A stretch of 64,000 nucleotides of DNA from Candidatus Eiseniibacteriota bacterium. GTDB taxonomy: Bacteria > Eisenbacteria > RBG-16-71-46. The notes below the pieces were generated by a model that was given only the letters and a program-made list of their open reading frames with translations, searched no databases and was not told the origin of the DNA. This document shows positions 10,401-20,173 of this stretch, piece after piece. Within the stretch, counting starts at the first letter, position 1; each line of letters begins with the position of its first letter. The translations under genes were made by a program, and so were the position numbers. Where the stretch lies: NCBI GenBank assembly GCA_963707915.1, contig OY970178.1:96001-160000 (forward strand). The letters run 5' to 3'.

Positions 10401-10483
10401 TCACCAGCACGCTGCTCACCCTGTTCGTGCTGCCGGTGATCTACGGCTGGGCCGAGGGGCGGCGGGAGCGCGGGACGGCGTGA
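7412..10483 (+). CDS. czcA: Heavy-metal efflux RND transporter (CzcA/CusA family)
   Basis: AGGAGG then ATG 7412. Motifs LPIDAFPDVTN, TGLGEIFQY, AVGMVVDASIVVVEN, FSQPIALRVNEL, RFRPLVMT, QRPLAVVVMGGL. Confidence 0.95.
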   Translation: MRFVTWLLRNRLLVLLATALLVVGGVVAWTRLPIDAFPDVTNTQVMILCKAPGLAAVDVEQRVSYPIEQVMRGLPKVRQVRSISKAGLSQVVIIFEDGVETYWTRQVVFERLAMAREQLPPGVDPELGPTSTGLGEIFQYTLEGERQDPMELRTIQDWLVAPLLKPIPGVNEVNSFGGTVKQYQVLLAPERLLQYGLTAGDVVEAVERSNANAGGGVIVSGWEQVYLRGVGLLQDAPDIERIVLKSVDGTPVYVRDVAEVVIGAEPRQGAVSRDGRGEVVAGMIIMLKGENSKDVVGRVKQTVARIQGTLPPGVRINVFYDRTSLIEACIETVMKALLEGGLFVILVLFLFLGEFRTALIVVLSLPLTFLVTFIVMGRVGLTANLMSLGGLAFAVGMVVDASIVVVENVRRHLAERREPAEKRRVVAEAVLEVARPVAFSVLIIAIVLVPLFTLQGVEGRMFAPLASTMLIAMLVSLGVALLVVPALSEVLLRQVPERGFGFVRRIRRGYARLLERAIRRRNVTLGISLGALALAACLAPLLGTEFMPALDEGSLAINVLRLPNASLDGSVRVAEFIEKRLLRFPEVATVVSKTGRAEISEDPMGPEQTDVFVMLKPRHRWGTGRNKSQLVAAIQRDLAEIPGLRYSFSQPIALRVNELISGVKSDLAIKVFGPDLTILKGFADRAAAALMALRGAQDVKVEQVSGMSQLDVVVDREAAARHGIRIETVNGAIETAVAGCQATTLIEQERRFAVVVRFAEEARRGIPQIERLLVPAPGGERVPLAQIARFQLVEAPAQVSRENGMRRVVVEANVRGRDLGGFVREVQAALAPLAGTLPTGYYLEYGGQFENQQRAMRQLAIVVPIALLLIMILLFLALGSFRSAILVLLNLPFALVGGVVAIVAFRMPLSVSSAVAFIVLLGVAVQNGVVLVSFFRQLRERGESVEDTVRKGCDLRFRPLVMTALTAFIGQAPMLVATGSGADIQRPLAVVVMGGLITSTLLTLFVLPVIYGWAEGRRERGTA

Positions 10484-10494
10484 CGGATGCCAGG

Positions 10495-10531
10495 CCCGGG
10501 CCCGGCCGCTGCGAGGCGGGCCGGGCCCGGG
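10495..10531. terminator. GC-rich hairpin between convergent czcA and tricorn genes
   Basis: 13-bp stem CCCGGGCCCGGCC / GGCCGGGCCCGGG; no U-tract. Confidence 0.4.
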
Positions 10532-10546
10532 TCGCTGCCGCGCCGT

Positions 10547-13500
10547 CTACCTGCGCTTGCCGGTCGTCGGCGGGGGCGGTTCCTTCATCATGCGCTGGAC
10601 GGGCTTCTCCCTGAGCTGCTTCATCGCCACGTCGACGGCGCGCTCGAGCTGCGGGTCGTGGCCGGCGATCACGTCCTTCGGCCAGTTCTCCACGTCCACG
10701 TCGGGCGCCACGCCCTCGTTCTCGACCGCCCAGCGTGCCGTCGGCGGCGAAGAAGCCGCCGCGCGGCGCGATCATCGAGCCGCCGTCCACGAACGGCGGC
10801 GTGTCCGCGGTGTGCACGAGCCCGCCCCACGTGCGCTTGCCGACCAGCGTGCCCACCTTGTGCGAGCGGAACATGTAGGGGAGGTAGTCGCCGCCCGAGC
10901 CCGCCATCTCGTTGATCACCATGACCTTCGGCCCCCAGATCCCGGCCGCCGGGCTGGTGAAGGGGACGCGATCGCCGGCCACGTTGTTGAAGTAGCCGTC
11001 GAACCAGCGCTGCATGACCTCGATCATGTAGTCGGCCGCCGAGCCTCCGCCGTTCCAGCGCTCGTCGACCACCACGCCCTTCCGGTCCTGCTGCGAGAAG
11101 TAGTAGCGGTTGAAGCTCGAGTAGCCCGGCTGGCCGGTGTTGGGCAGGTAGACGTAGGCGAGCTGCCCGCCGGAGAGCCGGTCCACCAGCCGGCGGTTCG
11201 ACTCGACCCAGGCGCGCGTGCGCAGGGTCTGCTCGCTGGCGACCGGCACCACCGTGATCGTGCGCGCACCGTCCATGGTCGGGCGGCCGTTCACGGTCAG
11301 CACGGTCTGCCGGTTCGCGGTGCCGTCGAGCAGCCGGTAGAGGTTGTCGGGTGCGCGCAGCTCCTCGCCGTTGACCGCCAGCACGTAGTCGCCGACCGCC
11401 ACGTTCACGCCGGGCACGGCGAGCGGCGCCTTGAGGTCGGGGTTCCAGCTCTCGTTGTCGTAGATGCGCGCGATCCGGTAACGGTCCGCGTCGACGGCGA
11501 AGTCCGCGCCGAGCAGCCCGCCGGTGACCGCCGGCACCTCGGGCATGTCCCCCCCGCGCACGTACGAATGGCCGATCGCGATCTCGGCACCCATCATGTC
11601 GAGCAGGTAGTTGAGGTCGGCGCGGTGCCGCACGTACGGCAGGAACTGGCCGTACATCTCGCGCATCTTCGGCCAGTCGGTGCCGTGCAGGTTGGGCACG
11701 TAGAGGTAATCGCGCTGGTTGCGCCAGCCCTCGTGGAAGATCTGCGCGAACTCGGCCTGGGGGTCGAGCCACATGCGCAGCGACACGGACAGCTTGCCTG
11801 CGCCCGCGGCCGGCGGCGACTTGTCGGCGTCCACCAGGAAGAGGCCCGGCGCGGAGGGCCGCGGGGGCGGGCCGCCGGGGGCGGAACCGCCCGCGGGCGC
11901 GGCGGCGCGGTAGACGAGCTTCTTGCCGTCTGCGCTGACCGCGAAGTCGGCCACTTCGCTCGCGAACGTGACGGCCTTGCGCTCGCTCAGCTGGTAGCGG
12001 ACGAGCGTGCCGCCGCCCCCGGATCCACCGCCCTCGCCGCGCGCCGCGGCTTCGAGGTAGAAGATCGTGCCCGCGCGGCCGGCGGCGAGGTGCGCGTACT
12101 GCCTCTCGGGCACGCCGGGCACCGGGACGATGCGCGACTGCATGCCGTCGAAATCGATCGCCACCGCGACCGCGGGCTTCGCGGGCTTGCCGCTCTTCCC
12201 CGCGCCCGCGGGCTTCGCGGGCATCCCGCTCCTCGCCGCGGCGGTCGTGTCGCCGGCGGTCGCCGGCGCGATGCCGCCGTCCTCGTCGCTCTCGGGCAGC
12301 AGCGGGCTCGCCTCGCTCTTCCCGAGCACGGCCAGGTAGAGCCCGAAGTTCTCCTCGCGGTCGTACGAGGTCATGTCGAGCCACTGCGATCGCAGGCCGT
12401 AGTCGGTCGAGGCCAGGAACCAGAGGTACTTCCCGCCCGCGTCCCACACCGGGCAGGTCGCGTCGGCAAGGCCGTCGGTCACCTGGTGCGACTCGCCGCT
12501 CTCGACGTCCGCGACGAAGATCGCACGGAAGAGCGAGTTCAGGTGCGCCGCGTACGCCACGTAGCGGGAGTCCGGGCTCCAGGTCGGGAACGTCGTGCGA
12601 GCCGGCACCATCCAGGGGTCGCTGCCCACGACCTTCGCCCGGCCGCTCGCCACGTCCAGCACCCACAGGCGCAGGTTGGTGTCGTGATAGAGGATCTTCC
12701 TCGAGTCCGGCGACCACGAGACCGTGTAGTAGTGCGACGGATCCGGGAGCGGGATCGCGCGCTGCGGCAGGATGCCGCTGGGGTCCTCGATCACCAGCTG
12801 GTATTCGCCGGAACGGTCGCTGAACCAGCACACGTACTTGCCGTCGGGCGACCACGCGGGGTCGCGCTCGGCCGAGCCGCTCGAGCGGGTCAGGTTGCGC
12901 GTGTCGCCCTTCTCGCCGGGGATCGCGAAGATCTCGCCGCGGGCCTCCACCAGCACGCGCTTGCCGGTCGGCGAGAGTGCCAGGTTCGTGACGCGGCCGG
13001 AGACGTCCTCCCAGTGCGGCATGGCCCACGGGAAGTCGCCGGTGGCCGTGACCTCCACCACGTGCTCGCGGTTCGTCTTCGGGTCCAGCTCGTGGAGGAC
13101 GCCCGCCTGCTCGAACACCACCGCGTCCGGGCCCGCGTCGAGCGTCTTCACGTCGAAGTCGGTGAACTTCGTCGCCTGCGTGAGCGCCTTCGACCGGGTG
13201 TCGTACGCCCAGACGTTGGCCACGCCGTCGCGGTCGGAGATGAAGTACACGACCTGGCCGAGCCACACCGGATCCATGTCCTTGGAGCCGTCCCAGGGCG
13301 GGGTCTCGGTCTCGAACGTCTTGAGGTCGGTGATCCACACCGGACGGTTCTGGCCGCCGCGGTAGTTGCGGCGCTCCTCGTCCCACGAGTTGTTGGGCCG
13401 GTACGCGATGCGCGTGCCGTCCGGCGAGATGCGGCCCTGGTAGGCGCGCGGCAGGGGCAGCGCCACCTCCGGACCGCCGGTGGCGGGCACGGTCCAGAAG

Positions 13501-13931
13501 CGCGGCGCGGGGCTCGGCGCCTGGGACGCCCGGCCCGACGCGAACACGACCGACCTGCCGTCCGGCGTCCAGCCCTGCACCTGGTCGGGGCCGGGGTGCC
13601 AGGTGAGGCGCTTCGGCTCGCCGCCGCCCGCGGGCATGGTGTAGACGTCGAGGTTGCCCGCGTACTCGCCGCTGAACGCGATCCACCGTCCGTCGGGGGA
13701 GAAGCGGGGGTTCGAGGCCTGCCCCTGGAAGCTGGTCAGGCGTCGTGCCGTGCCGCCCGCGCGGTCCACCACCCAGATGTTCTGGGCGTAGGCGAACGCG
13801 ATCTGCGTGGCGCTCACGCCCGGCGAGCGGAGCATGCGAGTGGGGCCGGGCTCTGCCGCGGACGCGCAGGCCGCGGCGGCGGCCAGGCAAGCGAGAGCGG
13901 CGAGCGCGCGGAGTGCGAAACGCTGCGGCAT
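10547..13931 (-). CDS. Tricorn protease homolog (S41, beta-propellers plus PDZ); one frameshift near 10733
   Basis: Signal peptide, PD40 repeats (FSPDG, WSPDG), DERWNGGG, catalytic AGSGGD, GKRTWGG. The C-terminus AVENEGVAPDVDVEN...DPQLERA continues in another frame to TAG at 10547. Confidence 0.92.
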
Positions 13932-14109
13932 GGGGGAGCCTCCGGTGAAGGTCCTGGGCGGGCGGGTGCCTGTGGATGCGAGGCCGACGGTGCGCGGGCC
14001 CCAGTCTACGCCCGCACGGACGGCCCGCTCCAGCGGCCCGTCGCCGGGCAGGCGCCGGGCCCGGCGGCCATCGCGGCCACCGGGCCCGGGTTCGCGCGCC
14101 CGCCTCGTG

Positions 14110-14688
14110 CTAGGCCTTCATCATCTCCTCGTAGACCTTCTTCGACTCCGCGCGCACCTCGTCGTGGATGCTGCGGCCGTGCGAGTCCATGGTGACGATC
14201 ACGGGGAAGTCCTCGACCCGGGTGACCCAGAAGGCCTCGGGCGTGCCGAACTCCTCGAGCTTGTGGACGGCGACGACCTCCTTGACCGACTGCGCGATCG
14301 AGGTGCCGCAGCCGCCGACCGCGTGGAAGTAGACCGCGCCGAACCTGCGGCAGGCCTCGAGCGTGGCCGCACCCATGCCGCCCTTGCCGATCACGCCGCG
14401 CACCCCGTAGCTCTCGATCACCTTCGCCTGGTAGGGCTCCTCGCGGGCGCTGGTGGTGGGGCCGGCGGCGACGAACGACCAGCGCGCGCCCTCCTTCTTC
14501 ACCACCGGGCCGCAGTGGTAGATGACGCCCCCGCGCAGCAGGTCGTCGAGGAACGCCGGCCGCTCCTCCACCATCAGCTTGTGGCCCGCGTCGCGGGCGG
14601 TGACGACGATCCCGGTGAGCAGCACCGTGTCGCCGACCTTCAACTCGCGGATCTTCGCCTCGGGGATCGGGATCTCAAGCCGGATCAT
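14110..14688 (-). CDS. Fe-S hydro-lyase beta subunit (class I fumarate hydratase / tartrate dehydratase)
   Basis: Motifs TARDAGH, YHCGP, GPTTSARE, GKGGMG, MDSHG. Confidence 0.92.
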   Translation of the reverse strand: MIRLEIPIPEAKIRELKVGDTVLLTGIVVTARDAGHKLMVEERPAFLDDLLRGGVIYHCGPVVKKEGARWSFVAAGPTTSAREEPYQAKVIESYGVRGVIGKGGMGAATLEACRRFGAVYFHAVGGCGTSIAQSVKEVVAVHKLEEFGTPEAFWVTRVEDFPVIVTMDSHGRSIHDEVRAESKKVYEEMMKA

Positions 14689-15553
14689 ACGTAGCCTCCC
14701 CGTTCCTGAGCGTCATCTCCTTGCGCCGGCAGGCCCAGCACATGTACGAGATGGCGACGTAGAAGGTGGCCGGATGGCGGTGCTGCCAGGCGGCGAACAC
14801 GCCCAGCACGGTGGTCTTCCCGCCGAAGCCCATCGGCCCGATGCCGAGCCGGTTGAGGTCGGCGTGCAGCTCCTTCTCGAACGCGTCGAGCGCGGGGTCC
14901 TCGTTGGCCGAGCCGAGCCGGCGGAAGAACTGCTCCTTCGACAGCAGGTAGGAGGTCGAGCGGTCCCCGCCGATCCCCACGCCGATCACGCCGGGTGCGC
15001 AGCCCATCCCCTGGGCCTTGTAGACGGCGTCGAGCACGCACTTGCGGACGCCCTTGAGGTCGCGGCCGGCGCCGAGCGCGGTGTCGGGCAGCTTGTACTG
15101 CGTCCCGACGTTCTCGCTGCCGCCGCCCTTGAGCATCAGCCTCACGCGCACCTCCTCCTTCTCCCACGCCTTGAACGTGACGTAGGGCGCGTTGATCCCG
15201 ACGTTCGTCCCGGTGTTCTTGCCGGTGAGCGGGTTCACCGCGTTCGGGCGCAGCAGGACGTCCTTCGTCGCCTTCTCGGCCGCCTGCTCGATCGCCCGGC
15301 GGAAGGCGATGGTGTCGAGGCCGACCGGGTGATGGACATAGAAGATCATCGAGCCGGTGTCCTGGCAGATCGGCGTGCCGGCGCGGCGCGCCATCTCGAC
15401 GTTGTCGACGATGGCGCCGAAGGCGTTCGCCGAGGTGCTCCCCGGCAGCTCCCTGCCCTGCGCCGCCCGCAGGGCCGCCTCCACGTCCGAGGGCAGCTCG
15501 GTCGAGGCGCTCCGGATCAACGTGTGCAGCTGCTGCACGAGTCTCTCGCTCAT
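14675..15553 (-). CDS. Fe-S hydro-lyase alpha subunit (class I fumarate hydratase)
   Basis: AGGAG then ATG 15553. Motifs PICQDTG, LRPNAV, KGGGSEN, GCAP, GIGPMGFGG, HPA, CWACR. Confidence 0.92.
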   Translation of the reverse strand: MSERLVQQLHTLIRSASTELPSDVEAALRAAQGRELPGSTSANAFGAIVDNVEMARRAGTPICQDTGSMIFYVHHPVGLDTIAFRRAIEQAAEKATKDVLLRPNAVNPLTGKNTGTNVGINAPYVTFKAWEKEEVRVRLMLKGGGSENVGTQYKLPDTALGAGRDLKGVRKCVLDAVYKAQGMGCAPGVIGVGIGGDRSTSYLLSKEQFFRRLGSANEDPALDAFEKELHADLNRLGIGPMGFGGKTTVLGVFAAWQHRHPATFYVAISYMCWACRRKEMTLRNGEATYDPA

Positions 15554-15593
15554 GAGCCACTCCTGGGTGGGGACGCACGCGGCCTGCCGGCGG

Positions 15594-15622
15594 ATTCTAG
15601 GAGCGGGGAAGCGGGGCCGCAA
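15594..15622 (-). promoter_or_regulatory. Sigma70-type promoter for the hydro-lyase genes
   Basis: Minus strand TTGCGG, 17 nt, TAGAAT. Confidence 0.5.
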
Positions 15623-15637
15623 ACGCGGCGGTTCCCA

Positions 15638-16916
15638 GGTGATGTACCAGTGTTTGTGTCAGGGACAAGGAAGGGGGTACTCCAACAGAGGCAGGGCCAA
15701 CCACCTCAAGGAGGTACCCCCATGCAGCAGGTCGCTGCGGTGCGCAGTGTGAAGCAGGCGGTGCGGATGCTCAAGTCGATGGCGGTGCAGGCGCCGGAGT
15801 GGAACGAGCTGAGGCAGGCGAGCCAGGCCGCGGTCCGGCGGGTGATCGAGGAGCGGATGCACGGCCTGGTGGGCAACCGGATCGCCGAACTGGCCGCGGC
15901 CGGGGTCGCTGACCGCCGCAATGGCAGCTACCGCCGCTGGCTGTGGCATGAGGTCGGCGTCCTGGAGTTGCAGGTGCCACGCTCCCGGACCTACAGCGCG
16001 GTCGCCGTGCTGGGCCGCTATGCCCGGCGGGTGCCCCAACTCGAGCGGGTGATCCTGGCCGGCTTCGTCCTCGGGCTTTCGACCCGCAAGGTGGGCGAGG
16101 CGCTGCTGCCCCTGCTGGGCGAGCGGGTCAGCCCGGCGACGGTGAGCCGGGTGGCGCGGGGCCTGGATGAGGCGGCCGCCGCGTTCCATCGTCGCCCGCT
16201 CGCCAACCGTTACCGGGCCGTGCTGCTCGATGGCGTGGTGCTGGCCCGCAAGAGCGGCGCCGGGGCGTTGCGCCGGCCCGTGCTGGTGGCGCTCGGGATC
16301 ACGCTCGCCGGGAAGAAGGAGATCCTCGACTTCCGCCTCGCCCCGGCCGAGAGCCAGCCGGCCTGGGAGGCGTTCCTCAACGATCTCTATGCCCGCGGGC
16401 TCACCGGCGAGGGCCTCACCCTGATCGCCACCGATGGCGGTGCCGGTCTGCTCGCCGCGCTGCCGCTGGTCTACCCGCGGGTCCGGGTCGGCCGCTGCTG
16501 GGCCCACAAGACCCGCAACATCCTCGACAAGGTGCGAGACACCGACCGCGAGCGGGTCAAGCGCGACCTGCACCGCATCAGCCACGCAGTCAACCGCACC
16601 ACTGCACGAGCGGCCGCCCGGCACCTGGTCGACCGCTGGCACACCCGCTACCCGGCCGCGGTCCGCTGCCTGCAGCAGGACCTCGAGGACCTGCTGGCGT
16701 TCTTCGCCTTCGACGATTCCGCCTGGCGCCAGGCCACCCGCACCACCAACGCCATCGAACGCCGCTTCCGCGAGGTCCGCAGAAGAACGCGCCCCATGGG
16801 GGTCTTCAGTGACCGCACCTCCATGGAGCGCATCCTGTTCGCCGTCTTCACCTACGAAAACCACAAGGCCGGAACCTCAGCCCCCTTCCTCCTGACACAT
16901 GACTCTTGACGCTACC
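15638..16916 (+). mobile_element. IS256-family insertion sequence, complete (1279 bp)
   Basis: Imperfect 26-bp terminal IRs (GGTGATGTACCAGTGTTTGTGTCAGG / CCTGACACATGACTCTTGACGCTACC). Flanked by the 8-bp direct repeat GGTTCCCA at 15630-15637 and 16917-16924. Confidence 0.93.
15722..16909 (+). CDS. IS256-family (Mutator) DDE transposase
   Basis: AAGGAGG then ATG 15722. Motifs RRNGSYRR, GLSTRKV, LLDG, ATDG, CWAHKTRN, TTNAIERRFREVRRR. Confidence 0.95.
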   Translation: MQQVAAVRSVKQAVRMLKSMAVQAPEWNELRQASQAAVRRVIEERMHGLVGNRIAELAAAGVADRRNGSYRRWLWHEVGVLELQVPRSRTYSAVAVLGRYARRVPQLERVILAGFVLGLSTRKVGEALLPLLGERVSPATVSRVARGLDEAAAAFHRRPLANRYRAVLLDGVVLARKSGAGALRRPVLVALGITLAGKKEILDFRLAPAESQPAWEAFLNDLYARGLTGEGLTLIATDGGAGLLAALPLVYPRVRVGRCWAHKTRNILDKVRDTDRERVKRDLHRISHAVNRTTARAAARHLVDRWHTRYPAAVRCLQQDLEDLLAFFAFDDSAWRQATRTTNAIERRFREVRRRTRPMGVFSDRTSMERILFAVFTYENHKAGTSAPFLLTHDS

Positions 16917-16953
16917 GGTTCCCACCGATACGCCCGGTGCTCACCGAGCGAGC

Positions 16954-17020
16954 TGGGGGCCGGGAGGGTGTTGGGCGAGCGCATGGTGCCTCTGCTCGCC
17001 CAACACCCTCCCGGCCCCCA
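16954..17020. repeat. Perfect 27-bp inverted repeat with a 13-nt loop
   Basis: TGGGGGCCGGGAGGGTGTTGGGCGAGC (16954-16980) is the exact reverse complement of 16994-17020. Confidence 0.9.
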
Positions 17021-17182
17021 AGCTCCACGCGCGACCGCAGCGACCCGCGCCATGCGCGCCGCCCGGCGGTCCCTGCGCCTCCGCGTTGCGAACTGCACGG
17101 GCCGCCCGCTCCGCGTATCTGCCGGTGTGGTCGAGACAGTTCCGCGAGCGGGCTCGACGGTCATGGTGGGCCGTCCGGCTAC

Positions 17183-17212
17183 TTGACGCCGACCGGCGCG
17201 ACGGGTTTCAAT
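17183..17212 (+). promoter_or_regulatory. Putative promoter of the trp leader and trpB2
   Basis: TTGACG, 18 nt, TTCAAT. Confidence 0.4.
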
Positions 17213-17278
17213 TGTGCTGTGAGTTCGGGCGGCATCGGTCGCCGGACCCGCACCGGATCGACGAGGAAGGCGACGTCC

Positions 17279-17359
17279 ATGCTCCGTATCTCCCGCAACC
17301 GATGGTGGTGGTGCTCGCGCCAGGGCAGCGGGAGGAGTGTGGGTCCGCGCATCACCTGA
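17279..17359 (+). CDS. trpL: Trp attenuator leader peptide ([26 protein letters not shown])
   Basis: GAGGAAGG RBS. Three consecutive TGG codons, directly upstream of a terminator and trpB2. Confidence 0.85.
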   Translation: MLRISRNRWWWCSRQGSGRSVGPRIT

Positions 17360-17415
17360 TCCAGGCCTGACCCACTCCGGTTCCACCCGCTGCAGGCGTC
17401 CTGCGGCGGGTTTTT
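17325..17415 (+). terminator. Attenuator with mutually exclusive antiterminator and intrinsic terminator
   Basis: Terminator ACCCGCTGCAGG-cgt-CCTGCGGCGGGT-TTTT (17385-17415). GCAGCGGG (17325-17332) can pair with CCCGCTGC (17386-17393), and GGAGTGTGGGTC with GACCCACTCC. Confidence 0.85.
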
Positions 17416-17486
17416 CGTATCCACGCCGCGGGTCGCGGAGAGACCGAAGCCAGGCCAGTCCCACACCCCCTACGCGAGGAGAGACG

Positions 17487-18842
17487 ATGAGCCAGGTCAA
17501 GATCCACCTGAACGAGCGCGACATGCCGCGCCAGTGGTACAACATCGTGGCCGACCTGCCGAAGCCGCTGCCCGCGGTGCTCCACCCCGGCACGAAGCAG
17601 CCCGTCGGTCCCGAAGACCTGGCTCCGATCTTCCCGATGGGCCTGATCCTGCAGGAGGTCAGCCAGGAGCGCTACGTCGACATCCCCGAGGAGGTGCTGG
17701 ACATCTACCGGGTCTGGCGCCCCACGCCGCTGGTGCGGGCCCGCCGCCTCGAGCAGGCGCTCGGCACCCCCGCGCACATCTACTACAAGTGGGAAGGCGT
17801 GAGCCCCGCCGGCAGCCACAAGCCGAACACCGCGGTGCCGCAGGCCTATTACAACAAGGTCGAGGGCGTGAAGCGGCTCACCACCGAGACCGGCGCCGGC
17901 CAGTGGGGCAGCGCGCTCGCGTTCGCCTGCAGCCTGTTCGAAATGGAGTGCAAGGTCTACATGGTGCGGGTGAGCTACGAGCAGAAGCCCTATCGACGAC
18001 TGCTGATGGAGGCCTGGGGGGCGTCCTGTGTCTCGAGCCCGAGCGACCAGACCGGCGTCGGACGGGCCATCCGGGAGCGCGATCCGGATTCGCCCGGCTC
18101 GCTGGGCATCGCCATCAGCGAGGCGGTCGAGGAGGCCGGCTCGCGCGCGGACACCAACTACTCGCTGGGCAGCGTGCTGAACCACGTCATGCTGCACCAG
18201 ACCGTCATCGGGCTCGAGACCCACAAGCAGCTCGAGCTGGCCGGCGACTACCCCGACGTGATCGTCGGCTGCGTTGGCGGCGGCTCGAACTTCGCCGGGC
18301 TGGCGCTGCCGTTCGTGCGGGACAAGATCACGGCGGGGAGGAAGACGCGCATCGTCGCGGCGGAGCCGGCCGCCTGCCCGAGCCTCACGCGGGGGCTCTA
18401 CCGGTACGATTTCGGCGATTCGGCCGGCCTGACGCCGCTGCTGAAGATGCACACGCTGGGGCACGACTTCATGCCGCCGCCGATCCACGCGGGCGGGCTG
18501 CGCTACCACGGCATGGCGCCGATCCTGTGCCACCTCTACGACCTCGGCCTGATCGAGGCGCAGTCGCACCAGCAGAACGCGGTGTTCCGGTCGGCGGTGC
18601 TCTTCGCGCGCACCGAGGGACACCTGCCCGCCCCGGAGACGGCGCACGCCATCCACGGGGCGGTGGTCGAGGCGCTGCGCTGCCGGGAGAGCGGCGAGAA
18701 GCAGACCATCGTGTTCGGCGCCAGCGGGCACGGGCACTTCGACCTGGCCTCGTACCAGAAGTACTTCGCCGGGGAGCTCGTCGACCACGAGTACCCCGAG
18801 GAGCTGATCCGCAGGGCGCAGGCCTCGCTGCCGGTGGTCTGA
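17487..18842 (+). CDS. trpB2: TrpB2 (stand-alone tryptophan synthase beta type 2)
   Basis: GAGGAG then ATG 17487. N-terminus [58 protein letters not shown]. Confidence 0.95.
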   Translation: MSQVKIHLNERDMPRQWYNIVADLPKPLPAVLHPGTKQPVGPEDLAPIFPMGLILQEVSQERYVDIPEEVLDIYRVWRPTPLVRARRLEQALGTPAHIYYKWEGVSPAGSHKPNTAVPQAYYNKVEGVKRLTTETGAGQWGSALAFACSLFEMECKVYMVRVSYEQKPYRRLLMEAWGASCVSSPSDQTGVGRAIRERDPDSPGSLGIAISEAVEEAGSRADTNYSLGSVLNHVMLHQTVIGLETHKQLELAGDYPDVIVGCVGGGSNFAGLALPFVRDKITAGRKTRIVAAEPAACPSLTRGLYRYDFGDSAGLTPLLKMHTLGHDFMPPPIHAGGLRYHGMAPILCHLYDLGLIEAQSHQQNAVFRSAVLFARTEGHLPAPETAHAIHGAVVEALRCRESGEKQTIVFGASGHGHFDLASYQKYFAGELVDHEYPEELIRRAQASLPVV

Positions 18843-18858
18843 GCGATCCAGGCGGGAG

Positions 18859-18889
18859 GGCGGACCCGGCGGGCCACGCCGGGTCCGCC
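18859..18889 (+). terminator. Hairpin downstream of trpB2
   Basis: 13-bp perfect stem GGCGGACCCGGCG / CGCCGGGTCCGCC; no U-tract. Confidence 0.45.
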
Positions 18890-18991
18890 GTGCGCCAGGC
18901 CTTTACTCGGCGCCCCGGCTCCTCTATACCTAGCAATCTCCGGAGCACCTTCGCAGGCGTCGCAGCCGATCCGAGGAGCGAAGCAGGGGCC

Positions 18992-20173
18992 TTGGCCGAC
19001 TTCATCCAGTTCGAGGACGTCTCACGACACTACGGCCGGGTGAAGGCCGTGGACGGCGTGACGCTGGGCATCCGCAAGGGGGAGTTCTTCTCGCTGCTCG
19101 GCCCCAGCGGCTGCGGCAAGACCACCCTGCTGCGCATGCTGGCGGGCTTCGAGCGCCCCGACCGGGGCCGCGTCTGGCTCGACGGCCACGACATCACCGA
19201 CCTGCCGCCCGAGCGGCGCAAGGTCAACACCATCTTCCAGAACTACGCGCTGTTCCCGCACCTCACCGTGCGCCAGAACATCGCCTTCGGCCTCACCGTC
19301 GCGCACCGCCCCCGGCGCGAGGTGGACGACGAGGTCGAGAAGATGCTCGCTCTCATCCAGATGGGCGAGCACGCGGACAAGCGGACCGACCAGATCTCGG
19401 GCGGGCAGAAGCAGCGCGTGGCCATCGCGCGCGCCCTGATCAACAAGCCCGAGGTGCTGCTGCTCGACGAGCCGCTCGCCGCGCTCGACCTCAAGCTGCG
19501 CCAGCGGATGCTGATCGAACTCGACCTGGTCCACGACCAGGTCGGCATCACCTTCATCTTCGTCACGCACGACCAGGGCGAGGCCATGAGCCTGGCCGAC
19601 CGCGTGGCGGTCATGAACGAGGGCCGCATCGAGCAACTCGGCGCTCCCGCCGAGATCTACGAATCCCCGCGCACCAGCTTCGTCGCGGCCTTCATCGGCG
19701 ACAGCAACTTCTTCGAGGGGGTGGTGGCCGAGGTGGTGGATTTCGAGCACGTGCGGCTCGCCATCGACGGCTTCCCCGACGTGCTGGCCTTCAACGACAA
19801 GGGGCTCGCGGCCGGCGACCGCGTCTTCCTGAGCGTGCGTCCGGAGAAGATCCGCATCGCGCGCGAGCGTCCGGGCGGCAGCGCCGACCACAACATCGCG
19901 CGCGCGGTGGTGGAGGACGCCATCTACCTGGGGACCCACACCAAGTACTGGGTGCGCGCGGACGAGTACCGCCTGGCGGTGGAGCAGCAGCACAACCGCT
20001 TCGTGCTGGACGAGCAGCCGATCCGCTGGAAGGACGAGGTCTGGATCCAGTGGCACGTGGACGACGGCTTCATGCTCGAGCGCTACGCCGAGCGCGACGA
20101 GGCGCTGATGGGGCTCCCGCCGCAGCGCGTGGGCGAGGGGGACGCGCCGCCGCCGGAGGCCGGGGGTGGCTGA
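18992..20173 (+). CDS. potA: Spermidine/putrescine ABC transporter ATPase
   Basis: Probable TTG start. GPSGCGKTT, FQNYALFPH, ISGGQKQRVA, LLLDEP, VTHDQGEA, C-terminal TOBE-like region. Confidence 0.9.
   Translation: MADFIQFEDVSRHYGRVKAVDGVTLGIRKGEFFSLLGPSGCGKTTLLRMLAGFERPDRGRVWLDGHDITDLPPERRKVNTIFQNYALFPHLTVRQNIAFGLTVAHRPRREVDDEVEKMLALIQMGEHADKRTDQISGGQKQRVAIARALINKPEVLLLDEPLAALDLKLRQRMLIELDLVHDQVGITFIFVTHDQGEAMSLADRVAVMNEGRIEQLGAPAEIYESPRTSFVAAFIGDSNFFEGVVAEVVDFEHVRLAIDGFPDVLAFNDKGLAAGDRVFLSVRPEKIRIARERPGGSADHNIARAVVEDAIYLGTHTKYWVRADEYRLAVEQQHNRFVLDEQPIRWKDEVWIQWHVDDGFMLERYAERDEALMGLPPQRVGEGDAPPPEAGGG

Noticed and set aside
12165..12230. Short direct repeat inside the tricorn gene
   Set aside because: It encodes a low-complexity PAKPA linker and is not an independent element.
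10557..14195. 1212-aa plus-strand and 1073-aa minus-strand ORFs over the tricorn gene
   Set aside because: Shadow frames rich in Arg/Gly/Ala with no recognisable motifs.
14522..16909. 795-aa extended transposase
   Set aside because: The first 400 codons are antisense to the fumarate hydratase genes and mostly outside the IS; the real start is 15722.
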